From positions 1-44,274 of IMG/VR virus record IMGVR_UViG_3300028585_000515: 44,274 nt of DNA. One strand, 5' to 3'. The notes below the pieces were generated by a model. That model did not search any database. It was not told where the DNA came from and worked only from the letters and a program-made list of their open reading frames with translations. The translations under genes were made by a program, and so were the position numbers. This stretch comes from a virus. Taxonomy: Duplodnaviria > Caudoviricetes. Numbering within the stretch: the first letter of the stretch is position 1; the number at the start of each line of letters is the position of its first letter. Shown here piece by piece: positions 16,118 through 25,814 of this stretch.

Positions 16118-16948
16118 CTAGTCGTTTGCCGCCACAAGTAGCATGTCGGCTCGGTTGCTGATCAGCAGTTCGGGAGCCTTCAACCCATTGGCGTTGCCGA
16201 ACGTGTATGTCGTTTCCACGGATGCGCAGGGGAAGCCCGCGAAGGTTTCGCGGATCGTCGGGTTGTCGTTGATGGACAACAGGAACGCGCCCTTGATCGT
16301 GCGGAGCTGGTCGGCAAGCCGGGCAAAATCGCCGCGGTCGAAGACGCCGGGACCATAGTCGCCTTCCCCCCAGAAGTAGGGTGGGTCGAGGTAGAACAGC
16401 GCGCCGTCGCGATCATAGCGGCAGATGAACTCGCCGTAGGGCAGGCGCTCGATCGTCACGCTTTGCAGGCGGTCGTGAACGTCCGCCAGCAGCGGCTCGA
16501 GCTTGCCGACGTCGAACCGGGCGGGACTGGATGCGTCCACCCCGAAGCGCCGCTTGTCGACCCGTCCGGAGAAGGCGAGCTTTTGCACGTAGAGGAATCG
16601 GCAGGCGCGTTGCAGATCGGTAAGGCGCTCCGGATCCTGCCCGAGCAAACGGTCAAACTCGGCCCGGCTGGCGACGCGGAAGCGCAACATATCGATCATG
16701 TAGGGATAATGCTCGGCGAGGCAGCGGAACAGGCCGGACACGTCGCCGCTGATATCGTTGATCGCCTCGGCGCGCGGCCGGCGCGTGCGGCGCAGGAAGA
16801 TGCCGCCCATGCCGACGAAGGGTTCGGCATAGCTCGTGTGCGGCGTGCGATCGAGAATCACGCAGATGCGCTTGGCGAGGTTGCGCTTGCCGCCGATATA
16901 GCCGGCGACGGGCCGCACCGGTGTGACGGGCACTAGGTCGGTAGACAT
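16118..16948 (-). CDS. DNA adenine methyltransferase (D12/Dam class), orphan
   Basis: YIGGK, EPFVGMGG, E.INDI and YLDPPY motifs. Confidence 0.93.
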   Translation of the reverse strand: MSTDLVPVTPVRPVAGYIGGKRNLAKRICVILDRTPHTSYAEPFVGMGGIFLRRTRRPRAEAINDISGDVSGLFRCLAEHYPYMIDMLRFRVASRAEFDRLLGQDPERLTDLQRACRFLYVQKLAFSGRVDKRRFGVDASSPARFDVGKLEPLLADVHDRLQSVTIERLPYGEFICRYDRDGALFYLDPPYFWGEGDYGPGVFDRGDFARLADQLRTIKGAFLLSINDNPTIRETFAGFPCASVETTYTFGNANGLKAPELLISNRADMLLVAAND

Positions 16949-17151
16949 GTTGGAAATCCTGCGAGAGATGGCGTCCCGGCCGGGTCCACTGGCTGGGGAT
17001 GCGCTCTCGCAGGCGCTTCAGGATCGGGGCACCGTTCCGCCCCTATGCGGCTTGCTAGTTCGAGGGCTGCAATCTGCATTCGCTTCAGTAATGCTGCGCC
17101 CTATAGTATCGCGACCTTCTGACACTCTCCGGCATATATACAATACCAGTC

Positions 17152-17451
17152 TTATTGCGACGATTTGACTGGCCCGTGGGGATTATCTCGCGTGGCTTGA
17201 TACCTAAATCCTACCCCGAGAATAGATAGGCTAACCAAGCCACCAATAAGCTTTGCGGTGGCTAACGGACTAGCGAAATTGCTATAGCCGACATCTACAT
17301 AATATGCGCCTGCCACAAATCCCAATCCGACACATATTGCGGGGATATATTCATTCCGGTTTACGAAAATCAGACTGAAAAGTAGCCGACAGACCACCAC
17401 GACCAAGGCTACGTTTGATGCAAATATACCAGAAATCTGAAAGTACGACAT
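17152..17451 (-). CDS. Small membrane protein (about 3 TM helices), AT-rich moron
   Basis: Three hydrophobic segments in 99 aa; GGTGA upstream. Confidence 0.65.
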   Translation of the reverse strand: MSYFQISGIFASNVALVVVVCRLLFSLIFVNRNEYIPAICVGLGFVAGAYYVDVGYSNFASPLATAKLIGGLVSLSILGVGFRYQATRDNPHGPVKSSQ

Positions 17452-17494
17452 TTTACGTCACCTTTCTCAGAAATCATCATCTTAATCTTATCAA

Positions 17495-18124
17495 CTAAGC
17501 TAATAATATATCGGAATCATACGTTGCCTCTTGGATCGGCTGACCGGGCGATTCGTTGGATGCTAAACGAAATTCAGCATTCCCAACGCCAGTGTTTAAT
17601 TCACTTGGCATTGGCGGCGTCTTTGGTCCTCCTGGCACTGACGAACCGGGGAAGAAGGACTGATACTCGCCCATCTCATGCGCGTATCCGTCGTAGGTCC
17701 CATCAGCGCCATCTTGCCAGTACAAAAGATCCGCGTAAGCCTCTTGGACAGAATCCTTGTTCATATCAATAGTTTCGTCGACTAGTTCGAGTGCAATCCC
17801 TGCAATCTTGCTTACCAGTCCGGCCGCGATAATGCCCAAATATTTTGTTATGGTGAGGTTCACTCCGGCTGCGTCGAAGGCAAGCATCGCTGCGTCTACC
17901 TGTTCCTTGCTCGCGGCAACGACGATTTCGCCCTCATCATCAGGTGAAGGCGCGCCATCCGCCACATCAAAGTATCCATTGAGTACGGCGTCAGCCATGC
18001 TGTTTGAATCTGCAAAAGCTCCGTTGTCCGCGTAAAAGAAATAATTATTGCCTGGAGAGATATTTACAACATTCGGATTCACTACGCGCGCCGTTACGAT
18101 AATATCGCCTGGTTCATCCGCCAT
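17495..18124 (-). CDS. Acidic protein with TonB-box-like motifs, AT-rich moron
   Basis: MADEPGDIIVTAR and DEGEIVVAA; GGAGA RBS; no signal peptide. Confidence 0.65.
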   Translation of the reverse strand: MADEPGDIIVTARVVNPNVVNISPGNNYFFYADNGAFADSNSMADAVLNGYFDVADGAPSPDDEGEIVVAASKEQVDAAMLAFDAAGVNLTITKYLGIIAAGLVSKIAGIALELVDETIDMNKDSVQEAYADLLYWQDGADGTYDGYAHEMGEYQSFFPGSSVPGGPKTPPMPSELNTGVGNAEFRLASNESPGQPIQEATYDSDILLA

Positions 18125-18324
18125 TGTCTATCTCCGCTTTCTTGCGACTGAATTGACAAGCTACGCTCCAGATTACGAATTTGTAAAGATGCTAATTTCT
18201 GTTTGCGAAAGTTTATCGAATTTCCATAGTAAAACTAAATTTCTTTTCGAAATTTTGCGTCGGGTTGATGGTTTTTTCGGTTGGAGCGCTGGACGTTACC
18301 GATTGCAAAAACCGTCATTTGCGA

Positions 18325-18930
18325 TTAAGCGGGCCAGCCACTTTCGATATCTGTGTCGATACCAGCAGCTATGCCGTCTTTGAGAATCCAGCTGCGTGCG
18401 AGGATGGAACGCCCCCAGGACGCCATGCCGAGCAACACGTTTAGCCCTTCCTGATAGGTGACCGTCACGGTCGCGTTCGATGCGGTGCGGAAGCTGGCGT
18501 CGACGACGTCGCCATAGCCGGCCGCGACCGCCGCCGAATAGCTGATCTGGCTGGTGAGCCAGTTGGCCTTGTCGTCGACGTCGCGGAGCGGCAGACGCTG
18601 TCCCGCGAACTCGGGCAGCGCCGGCGCGTAGCCGGCAAGGAATGCGGCCTGCGCACGCGCGTCGACGGCGGCGAGCCGCGCGGCCAGTCGCGCAGCGGCT
18701 TCGGCGGCCGGATCGGCGGGGGCGATCGGCGCCACCAGCCATGCGTCGTCATGCCACGTGATGGTCGCGGTCGCCGGATCAAAGACGGGCCGCGCCGGCG
18801 CTTCCACCCAGCCGCACGCCTCCCGGCCGGCGGCGTTGTTCGCCAGATCCGACCATGTATTTTGGTCCGCGTCCTGATCGAAATAGGGGAGCGGTTGCGG
18901 CACGCCGCCGGCGCGCATCCAGAGCGTCAT
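18325..18930 (-). CDS. Putative tail fibre assembly / DUF4376-like protein
   Basis: GWVEAPARP.FDPAT..ITW...W, C-terminal FRTASN...LK..I...IE.GWP; last gene of the tail-tip operon. Confidence 0.6.
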   Translation of the reverse strand: MTLWMRAGGVPQPLPYFDQDADQNTWSDLANNAAGREACGWVEAPARPVFDPATATITWHDDAWLVAPIAPADPAAEAAARLAARLAAVDARAQAAFLAGYAPALPEFAGQRLPLRDVDDKANWLTSQISYSAAVAAGYGDVVDASFRTASNATVTVTYQEGLNVLLGMASWGRSILARSWILKDGIAAGIDTDIESGWPA

Positions 18931-19520
18931 CCGTAGAACTCCATCACGATATAGCCGTCGCCGCCGGCTTGCCCTTGCTGCGACGCGTTGCCTGCCTCGA
19001 CGCCTGCGCCGCCCGTCCCAAGGGTCGCCAAGGGAAAATCGCCGACGCGTCCACCGCCGACGGTGCCCTGCGCGCCTTTACCAGAGAAATTGCCGTAGCC
19101 CCCGAGAGGGTCGAGGCCATCGACACCAACCCCACCAGTATCGACATAGGGTCCGGTAAAGCGGGTTCCGCCCCCGCTGCCGCCCTGCGCCACATAGCCC
19201 AAGGCGCTCGATGCGCCGCCCGCGTTACCGGGACCATCGACAAGGCCGGCACCGCCGCCGCCGACCGTGATCGTGAACGGCGAACTGTGCAGGCGGATGA
19301 GGCGGCGTTGCATCGCCCCCTCGCCGCCGCCACGTCCGCCACCACCGCCAGCGTTGCCGCCGCCCGCACCACCGCCACCGCGCAGCATGATGCGCGCCCA
19401 GCGTGTCCCGGACGGCGGCGTGACGACATGATCGCCGGCGACGGTCTGGCGGTAGACGCCAAGGAGGCGCGGCAGACGCCCGGTTTCGGGGCTGGACGGG
19501 CTGGCGACGCGGTCGGCCAT
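18927..19520 (-). CDS. Glycine-rich tail-associated protein
   Basis: P.G.....L.GGGGAGG...GGGEG...ITVGGGG...GG.GG.G.I..E. Confidence 0.7.
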   Translation of the reverse strand: MADRVASPSSPETGRLPRLLGVYRQTVAGDHVVTPPSGTRWARIMLRGGGGAGGGNAGGGGGRGGGEGAMQRRLIRLHSSPFTITVGGGGAGLVDGPGNAGGASSALGYVAQGGSGGGTRFTGPYVDTGGVGVDGLDPLGGYGNFSGKGAQGTVGGGRVGDFPLATLGTGGAGVEAGNASQQGQAGGDGYIVMEFYG

Positions 19521-19846
19521 CAGACGGTCCGCTTGGCCGCAGTGTAGCTGGCGTCGACATAGCCAGCCCCCGACCGGTCCCACAGCTCGAAACCGGCGGT
19601 CAGCAGCAAGTCCGTCTCGACGTCATAAGGCGGCGCGTTCAGATCGACGATATGGCCGCGCGCCCGATAGCAGGCGTTACTGCCATCGGTTCTACGGATG
19701 CGCAGGTCGAACGCATCGTTGCCGCCGCCATTGTTGGAGATGCGGACGCGCACGCGCCATTCCTGTCCGGCCGGCACCGGCCCGAAGGCGCGGGCCAGCA
19801 GGGTCGATGCAGTGCGGTTTACGGGTTCCACGGTGGCGGCGGTCAT
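19520..19846 (-). CDS. Small beta-rich tail-associated protein
   Basis: MTAATVEPVN...VPAG...ISN...; GAGGA RBS; coupled to the next gene. Confidence 0.6.
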   Translation of the reverse strand: MTAATVEPVNRTASTLLARAFGPVPAGQEWRVRVRISNNGGGNDAFDLRIRRTDGSNACYRARGHIVDLNAPPYDVETDLLLTAGFELWDRSGAGYVDASYTAAKRTV

Positions 19847-19856
19847 GGATGCATCC

Positions 19857-20273
19857 TCATGCGAAGAACCAGCGGTCGATCGCTTGCGCGTCGAGCTGCT
19901 GGCGGATGTCGCGGAGATCGATCCCGACCAGATCGATCCGCCCATCCAGATCCCTGGAGATCGCGCCGAACTGAAGGTCGAATGCGGCGAGGATCTCGGC
20001 CTTCATGGTCGCGATCGCGTTGTCGGCGACCCATTCTGCATGGACCTCCGCCAGCTCGGCCGCGAGCAGGTTGGCGCGCTCGACCACCGGTTGCAGCGCC
20101 GCCGCCAGTCGTGCGAGGCCGACGCCGCGCAGCTCGGCGAGCGCGGCCTCATATTCGGGTTTCAGCGCCAGCGCCTGCCGGAGTGCCGCCGCGATATAGT
20201 CCATAGCGACATTCATCCGGGCGGGGCTGGCCTCCCGGTTTTTCTGGAAATCCAGCTCAGGCGGAAGCGACAT
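19857..20273 (-). CDS. Helical / coiled-coil tail-associated protein
   Basis: In the tail operon, overlaps the upstream small ORF, GAGGTGG RBS. Confidence 0.65.
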   Translation of the reverse strand: MSLPPELDFQKNREASPARMNVAMDYIAAALRQALALKPEYEAALAELRGVGLARLAAALQPVVERANLLAAELAEVHAEWVADNAIATMKAEILAAFDLQFGAISRDLDGRIDLVGIDLRDIRQQLDAQAIDRWFFA

Positions 20274-20427
20274 CGGTCACCACCTCGGCTGCGATCATCG
20301 CGTCGAGGATCTCCTGATTGACGGTGTGAGCGTGGCCGGGCTTGTAGTCGAAACCCGCGTGCGAAAAGACGCGCGCGATGCCGACCCTGTAAAAGCCCGA
20401 CTTGGAAACCTTGTATTTCGTGACCAT
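20257..20427 (-). CDS. 56-aa hypothetical tail-operon protein (not in the ORF track)
   Basis: MVTKYKVSKSGFYRVGIARVFSHAGFDYKPGH...; TAAGGAG RBS. Confidence 0.6.
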   Translation of the reverse strand: MVTKYKVSKSGFYRVGIARVFSHAGFDYKPGHAHTVNQEILDAMIAAEVVTDVASA

Positions 20428-20439
20428 GGTCGATGCTCC

Positions 20440-22692
20440 TTATAGGGCGAAGTCTTTGCGCCAGCCGAAGTGGAAGGTGCGCAGGGCCGAGTCCGTGGTC
20501 GCGTCGAACTGGATCTTGTAAGACTGGACGGCAGCGCCGAGGTTGAAGACCCATGTCCGCTCGATCGAACCGTCGTCGGCGACGACGTCGGAGAAGGACG
20601 ACGGCGATACGAGCGTGTTGTACCCCGCGCCGGTGCGCAGCTTGGCGGTGGCGGTGTGGTGGCCTGCCTCGAAATATTCGAACCGGCCGATCACGCGGAT
20701 CTGCGCGGAGCCGGCGCCGGGAAGGAGGCGCGGCATCGAGACATGGGTGAGGGCGAGCCGGGGACGCGACACGCGCACGCGCGAGGTGGTGAGCTTGACC
20801 GCCGGCATCACGTCGGGCGTGCCGGTCATAACCATGCGCAGGGGGACGAGCGGCGGGATATTGCCACCTGCGCCCAGCACGGACTGTTCGGTACGGGTCA
20901 GCGGCGTCCAGATCCCGCCGACCTGGACTTCATAGGTCAGGTCGGTCGACTTGGGCACGATCGCCTCGGCGAGGATGTCGATCGCGGTCATGCCGCCTGC
21001 CAGCGACAGCGGGGCCATGTCGATGACGGCGCGCGACGCCGTAAACTTGGCGGCATAGAGGTTGAAACACAGATCGCGCGCGCCGTCGCCCTGCTGATAG
21101 GCACCGTCCAGCACGTAGAAGAGCGTGCCCTGTGGAAAATTGACACCTTGGGTCGTGGCGATCCAGTGATCGGCGGCCGAGATCACGACCAGCGCGTAGC
21201 GCTTGCCGCCCTCGAGATAGACGGGCTGGACAGGAATGACGGTTTCGGCGTTCACCAGCAGGCTCGCGCGGGGGACCGTGGTGACCGAGACGACCTTGTC
21301 GAGCGCCGGCGCGCCGCGGTCGGTTTCGCAGATCGCCAGCGTGATGCCGCCATCCTTGGCGAGGCGGGTGAAGGTCAGCCCCACCGCGTCGAGCCACATG
21401 TCGTTCGCGTTGAGAAAGGTCTCGGCAATCTGCGCGCCGGGGACCGCATGGTCGACGGTCACATAGTCCCAATAGGGTTCCTGATAGACGTCGACCCACA
21501 GCCGGCGGACGCGGACCCAGCCATGCGCCGGGCCATCCCAATCGACCTCGACGGTCTGGAACAGCTCGCCATTGCGTTCGAACGTCTCCGGGATGTAGCG
21601 GTCGGTGACCGCGCCCCACCAGCCACTGTTCGTGCAGACGGTGAATTCCTCGCCGTAGCGGGTGCGGGTCCGCGACATCATGCGCTGGACCATTTCGTGC
21701 GTCTGGTAGCTGTAGGCGGCGATCTGGGTCTCGGCCTGACGCGGCCCGACCGCCATGCGCAGTTCGCGCGCATAGGCGGGAAACATCACGTCGCCCGTGA
21801 CCTTCGCGCGCGGATTGAGCGCATCGAACACCGCGAGCTGGCTATCGGCGACCGCCTCATCGGCGAAGCGGATCCCTTCCTCGATCTTCGCGCGGAAATT
21901 GGGGTGCGCCAGATCCGATTCCGCCTTGTCGAGGAAGAAGTCCGCATCGCTGTCCGACGCACCGACCGGGATCCCGGCCTGCTCTTCCAGCGTCGCCATG
22001 CGGGTCAGCAGCCGGCCGAAGGCGGCGGTGTTGACGTTGTTGCCGGCGCTGACCTTGAGGGAGGCGATGTCGGAGCCGAGCGCGACGATCTGGGGACCGG
22101 CCTTGGCGCGGAAATCCTCGAGCGCCGACGTGCGCCCCGCCACCAACGCGATGCTGTCGAGCCGGTTCGCATTGATCATCTCGACCCGGTCGACGCCGGT
22201 CGGGGTCAGTACCACCCGCGCCACCGCCAGGACGCCGGCGTCAAGGATCGGGTCGATGGGATCGGGGCTTTCCTGTCCGGACGCGGTGTTGATCGCGCAG
22301 ACCCGCGCCAGCTCCATCGCCATCGTGCGCGGCTCGGATGCGCCGGTTTCCTCGTTGATCAGAAATTCGCGTGGCTGGGCGTTGGTCTCGACTTCCTGAC
22401 CGAAAATCACGATCAGGACATGCTTCTTGGTCGCGATCGGCAGGCTGGTGGTGAAGTCCTTTACGAACGCGTCATCGCGCGCAAACACCTTGCCCGCCGA
22501 ATAAAGCCGGCCGGGCTGGCAGGTGACTTCGGTCGAGCTGGTCCGCGCGCCGGTGAACCCGGCATATTTGCGATCGGCGGTCACCGCGTCGGCGACGAGA
22601 TCGTCCATGGATCCCTGCACGAAGCTTTGCAGGTTGTTATAGTCGGCGGGATCATTGTCCATGCCGTCGCGGAAGATGACGCGGCTTTGCAT
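20440..22692 (-). CDS. Large virion structural / tail-tip protein (about 750 aa) in the gpH position
   Basis: Follows gpI with a TAATG overlap; beta-rich; AQIAETF...VGLTF motif seen in phage structural proteins. Confidence 0.7.
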   Translation of the reverse strand: MQSRVIFRDGMDNDPADYNNLQSFVQGSMDDLVADAVTADRKYAGFTGARTSSTEVTCQPGRLYSAGKVFARDDAFVKDFTTSLPIATKKHVLIVIFGQEVETNAQPREFLINEETGASEPRTMAMELARVCAINTASGQESPDPIDPILDAGVLAVARVVLTPTGVDRVEMINANRLDSIALVAGRTSALEDFRAKAGPQIVALGSDIASLKVSAGNNVNTAAFGRLLTRMATLEEQAGIPVGASDSDADFFLDKAESDLAHPNFRAKIEEGIRFADEAVADSQLAVFDALNPRAKVTGDVMFPAYARELRMAVGPRQAETQIAAYSYQTHEMVQRMMSRTRTRYGEEFTVCTNSGWWGAVTDRYIPETFERNGELFQTVEVDWDGPAHGWVRVRRLWVDVYQEPYWDYVTVDHAVPGAQIAETFLNANDMWLDAVGLTFTRLAKDGGITLAICETDRGAPALDKVVSVTTVPRASLLVNAETVIPVQPVYLEGGKRYALVVISAADHWIATTQGVNFPQGTLFYVLDGAYQQGDGARDLCFNLYAAKFTASRAVIDMAPLSLAGGMTAIDILAEAIVPKSTDLTYEVQVGGIWTPLTRTEQSVLGAGGNIPPLVPLRMVMTGTPDVMPAVKLTTSRVRVSRPRLALTHVSMPRLLPGAGSAQIRVIGRFEYFEAGHHTATAKLRTGAGYNTLVSPSSFSDVVADDGSIERTWVFNLGAAVQSYKIQFDATTDSALRTFHFGWRKDFAL

Positions 22693-23885
22693 TATGCGAC
22701 CTTTCTGGTTTCGCCGAAGGTGAAGTCGCCGAACTGGAGGCCCCCACCGAACTGGACGTGGCCGTGGACGGCCGTGTCGATCAGGATCGTGTCCCGGAAA
22801 GCCTTTGAGACGCGGACCGCCTCGAGCGTCTGGTCGAGCCGGGCGAGGCTGGCGGCGGCGCGGAAGCCAGCGCCGTGCCATTTGCCGGACCGGCGGACCG
22901 TGCGCTGCATCGGGACCGACACGCGCAGCTCGGCGGTGAACGGCGCGATGCCGAACCGGCCGACGCCGTGGAAGCTGCGCGTCTTGCGGCGCGCGCCCAT
23001 GCGGTCGGGGGCGTGCAGCGCGACGCGGTCGTAGATCAGGAACGGTGCGTGGCTTGTGCGGAGGAAGCGGGCGCGGGACCGGGGGCCGAAGAAGGACCGC
23101 GACGCCGGCGCGATACGGCCTTCCGCGATGCGGGTGGGGCGGACGTCGACCGGGTCCATGCCGGACTGCACCGCGAAGGATCCCGCATCGTCGCCGAGGC
23201 GAAGCGTCACGACACCTTTGGCGGCTTGCGTGCGGGTCAGGAACCCGCCGATCGCGCCTGCGCCGTGGAAGCTGCGCTTGGCGTTCCGCTCGATCAGCAG
23301 GCGGATGCTGGTGGCGTCCGGGGTCTCGTAGCGGATGGGACGCTCGACGCCGCGATCATAATAGGTCGCGCGCGTGCCGGTCAGCTCGATACCGCGGTTC
23401 TTGCGCAGGAAGCCGCGCCCGGCGAAGAACCGCCCGGCCGGACCACTGGCGAAGATCCGGTGATTGGCGATGACGGTGCGGATGAACGGATAGATCCGCA
23501 CCTGCGGCAGACCGTCCAGCCATGCGGCGCGCTGCGCGTTCGTCATCGCCGCATAGAGGAAGCTCGTCGCCGGCGGCCGGATCGCGCGCACGACTTCCGA
23601 CCCGACAAGCGCGACGTGCGCCTTGATCCCCGCCAGCGTCGTTTTCAGGCTGTGCAGCGTCAGGGCGTTGCGGCAGACCTCACGCTTCTGCGTCTCCGGC
23701 AATGCGTCGTCCCACAGGTCGATCGACAGGCCCCATGCGAGATGGCCGAGCAGGTGCGCCGGACAGGTGTCGGGGTTCCAGACCGCGGCGATCAGGTGCG
23801 CCGACAGCGCGAGGCGCTCGGCGATCGTCGCCTCGAGCGCGGTTTCGAGCGGGGTCCGGTTCGGGGGGAGCAGCGACGCGATCAT
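22692..23885 (-). CDS. gpI: Phage tail protein I (extended)
   Basis: SLLPPN.T.LE.ALE...WNPDTCP..LL..LAW..SID.W...KR. Confidence 0.9.
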   Translation of the reverse strand: MIASLLPPNRTPLETALEATIAERLALSAHLIAAVWNPDTCPAHLLGHLAWGLSIDLWDDALPETQKREVCRNALTLHSLKTTLAGIKAHVALVGSEVVRAIRPPATSFLYAAMTNAQRAAWLDGLPQVRIYPFIRTVIANHRIFASGPAGRFFAGRGFLRKNRGIELTGTRATYYDRGVERPIRYETPDATSIRLLIERNAKRSFHGAGAIGGFLTRTQAAKGVVTLRLGDDAGSFAVQSGMDPVDVRPTRIAEGRIAPASRSFFGPRSRARFLRTSHAPFLIYDRVALHAPDRMGARRKTRSFHGVGRFGIAPFTAELRVSVPMQRTVRRSGKWHGAGFRAAASLARLDQTLEAVRVSKAFRDTILIDTAVHGHVQFGGGLQFGDFTFGETRKVA

Positions 23886-24772
23886 GCCGAGATCTCGACG
23901 GCGATCGTCAGGCTGGCGAGGTAGGGCGCGGCATAGGGGCCGGGCACGACGTCGGGGCCGTCGACGATCGCCTGTTCGACACCGCCGACGCTGCCAGCGG
24001 ACTCGATCATCTGCGCATAGACGGGCTGGCCGACGCGGTGGCGATCCGCGCAGTAGGCGCGGATCGCGGTCTCGGCCGTCGTCGCCACCACCGCCGGGTC
24101 CGGACCGCGCCGGATGCGCAGGCGGACGGTGCGGGTGTAGGGCAGGATCGCGGCGGCGCGGACCGACACGATGTCGGTAAGCTGCGCGCCGTCGTCGCCG
24201 GCGAGTGCCTGATAGACCGACTGGACGACGGGCGCGGCAACCGTGCCATCGCCGTCGCGGCCGAGCAGCACGACATCGACATGTCCCGCCGTGCGCTTGA
24301 TGACCGCCACGTCACGGATCGAGGACGCGACGCGCAGCGCGGTGGCGCGGTAGCCACCGCCAGTCAGCCCCGCCGCCGCCAGCGTTTCGGGCGCGAGCTG
24401 GATCCGGACGCGCAGGTCCGCGTCGCTTTCCATGACGGCCGGGGTGCGGTCGGTCGCGGGCGCGATCGTGAGGCGCGCGACGCTGTAGAATGCGCCGAGC
24501 TGGTCGAGATCCGGACCGGTCGCGAAGGGGAGCAGCACGGCGCGGACGCAATCGTTGACGGATGCGCGCAGCAGCATCTCGCGATAGGCGGAGATTTCGA
24601 GCAGCTTGATGACCGGATCGGACGCGACGGTGGCGTCAAAGGTCGGCAGGCGTGCCTGCATGGCGGCGATCAGGGCGGCGCGGATTTGCTCATAGGACAG
24701 CACCTGCACGGCGGCAGGTGCAGGGAGCCGCGACAGATCGAGCGCGGGGGAGATGATGGCGGGTACAAGCAC
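23882..24772 (-). CDS. gpJ: Baseplate protein J
   Basis: LDLSRLPAP...YE.I...SDP..KLLE..AYRE..LR..VN...A.G.DLDQL...ESD..LR.RI. Confidence 0.93.
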   Translation of the reverse strand: MLVPAIISPALDLSRLPAPAAVQVLSYEQIRAALIAAMQARLPTFDATVASDPVIKLLEISAYREMLLRASVNDCVRAVLLPFATGPDLDQLGAFYSVARLTIAPATDRTPAVMESDADLRVRIQLAPETLAAAGLTGGGYRATALRVASSIRDVAVIKRTAGHVDVVLLGRDGDGTVAAPVVQSVYQALAGDDGAQLTDIVSVRAAAILPYTRTVRLRIRRGPDPAVVATTAETAIRAYCADRHRVGQPVYAQMIESAGSVGGVEQAIVDGPDVVPGPYAAPYLASLTIAVEISA

Positions 24773-24818
24773 GCCCCCATGTCGGCCGGAGCGGGGGCGG
24801 TGGGCTATAAGCGGCTAC

Positions 24819-24837
24819 GGTAGAGACGCACTCTACC
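24819..24837 (-). promoter_or_regulatory. Late-promoter activator box, copy 2 (upstream of J)
   Basis: GGTAGAG-ACGCA-CTCTACC; 27 bp identical in inverted orientation to the copy at 34646-34672. Confidence 0.8.
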
Positions 24838-24943
24838 CGAATACGCCGCCTTGCTGACAGTTCACTCAACCTCGCTTTCTGATCTCCGATCTGCGTATGT
24901 TGGACAAGATTTTCTGGCTCGAATCGAATCATTGGCGGGGCGT

Positions 24944-25798
24944 ATGGGCGAGAATGTAACCGTAACCAACGTAGTTGAATTCATTCAAGCCATCGCGGAA
25001 GTTCCGAAGAGAAACGGCTCGATCCATTCATTCAGGGGACAGAGGGACTCAGAATGGATGGACAATCCCGCTCTTTTGCGTGGAGAAGCGAAGCTTTTAC
25101 CACACGAATATAGTGCTGTTCGTGATCTTTTATCGGTTCAGCCGCAGCAATTTCAGAACGATACTAACATGTTTGATAAGTTAGTCAGGATGCAGCATTA
25201 TGGATTGCCGACAAGACTGCTGGATGTAACGTCTAATCCGCTCGTAGCTCTGTACTTTGCGACCGAACCAATGCGCTCTCGATCAAGAAAGGTTTCCGGC
25301 AGGGTTTATATATATGACATACCTGCAGATCGTCGAAAATATTTTGATAGCGATAGCGTCTCATGCCTTTCGAATCTAGCCAACTTGAATGATGTTGAAA
25401 AACGCTCTCTATTAAACGGAGAAGAGTTGAATACGGTAGATTTCAATAAATTAAAATCATGTGATAGGCTTGTTCAGTTCATCAGATCTGAAAAATCTCA
25501 TTTCAGGGCCGAGGTACTAGCGCGAGATCTAGTAAGTGCGTTTTATGTCATCCCAAAAATGCAGAATAGTAGAATAATAGCCCAGCATGGTGCATTCGTA
25601 ATATTCGGATTACGAATTGTGCGGAGGCACGTTGTAAACGCAAATCCTAATAGCATGTCGCGATCGACTGTCGATATTCCGCAGGCATCCAAACCACTCA
25701 TTCGTCGAGAGCTGGACGGATTAGGTATTAATAATGCCACGCTTTTTCCTGAGCTAACACACGCAGCGTCAGAGATAGTTCGAAGATATACTAATTAG
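24944..25798 (+). CDS. FRG domain protein (AT-rich moron)
   Basis: SFRGQ...MQHYGLPTRLLD.T.NPLVALYFA...N.RI.AQ.G.F...L..LGIN..TLFPEL. Confidence 0.93.
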   Translation: MGENVTVTNVVEFIQAIAEVPKRNGSIHSFRGQRDSEWMDNPALLRGEAKLLPHEYSAVRDLLSVQPQQFQNDTNMFDKLVRMQHYGLPTRLLDVTSNPLVALYFATEPMRSRSRKVSGRVYIYDIPADRRKYFDSDSVSCLSNLANLNDVEKRSLLNGEELNTVDFNKLKSCDRLVQFIRSEKSHFRAEVLARDLVSAFYVIPKMQNSRIIAQHGAFVIFGLRIVRRHVVNANPNSMSRSTVDIPQASKPLIRRELDGLGINNATLFPELTHAASEIVRRYTN

Positions 25799-25814
25799 CT
25801 AATTATCATATAAA

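Noticed and set aside
16950-17150. Com-like zinc-finger gene upstream of the methylase
   Set aside because: No intact ORF with two CxxC pairs could be read
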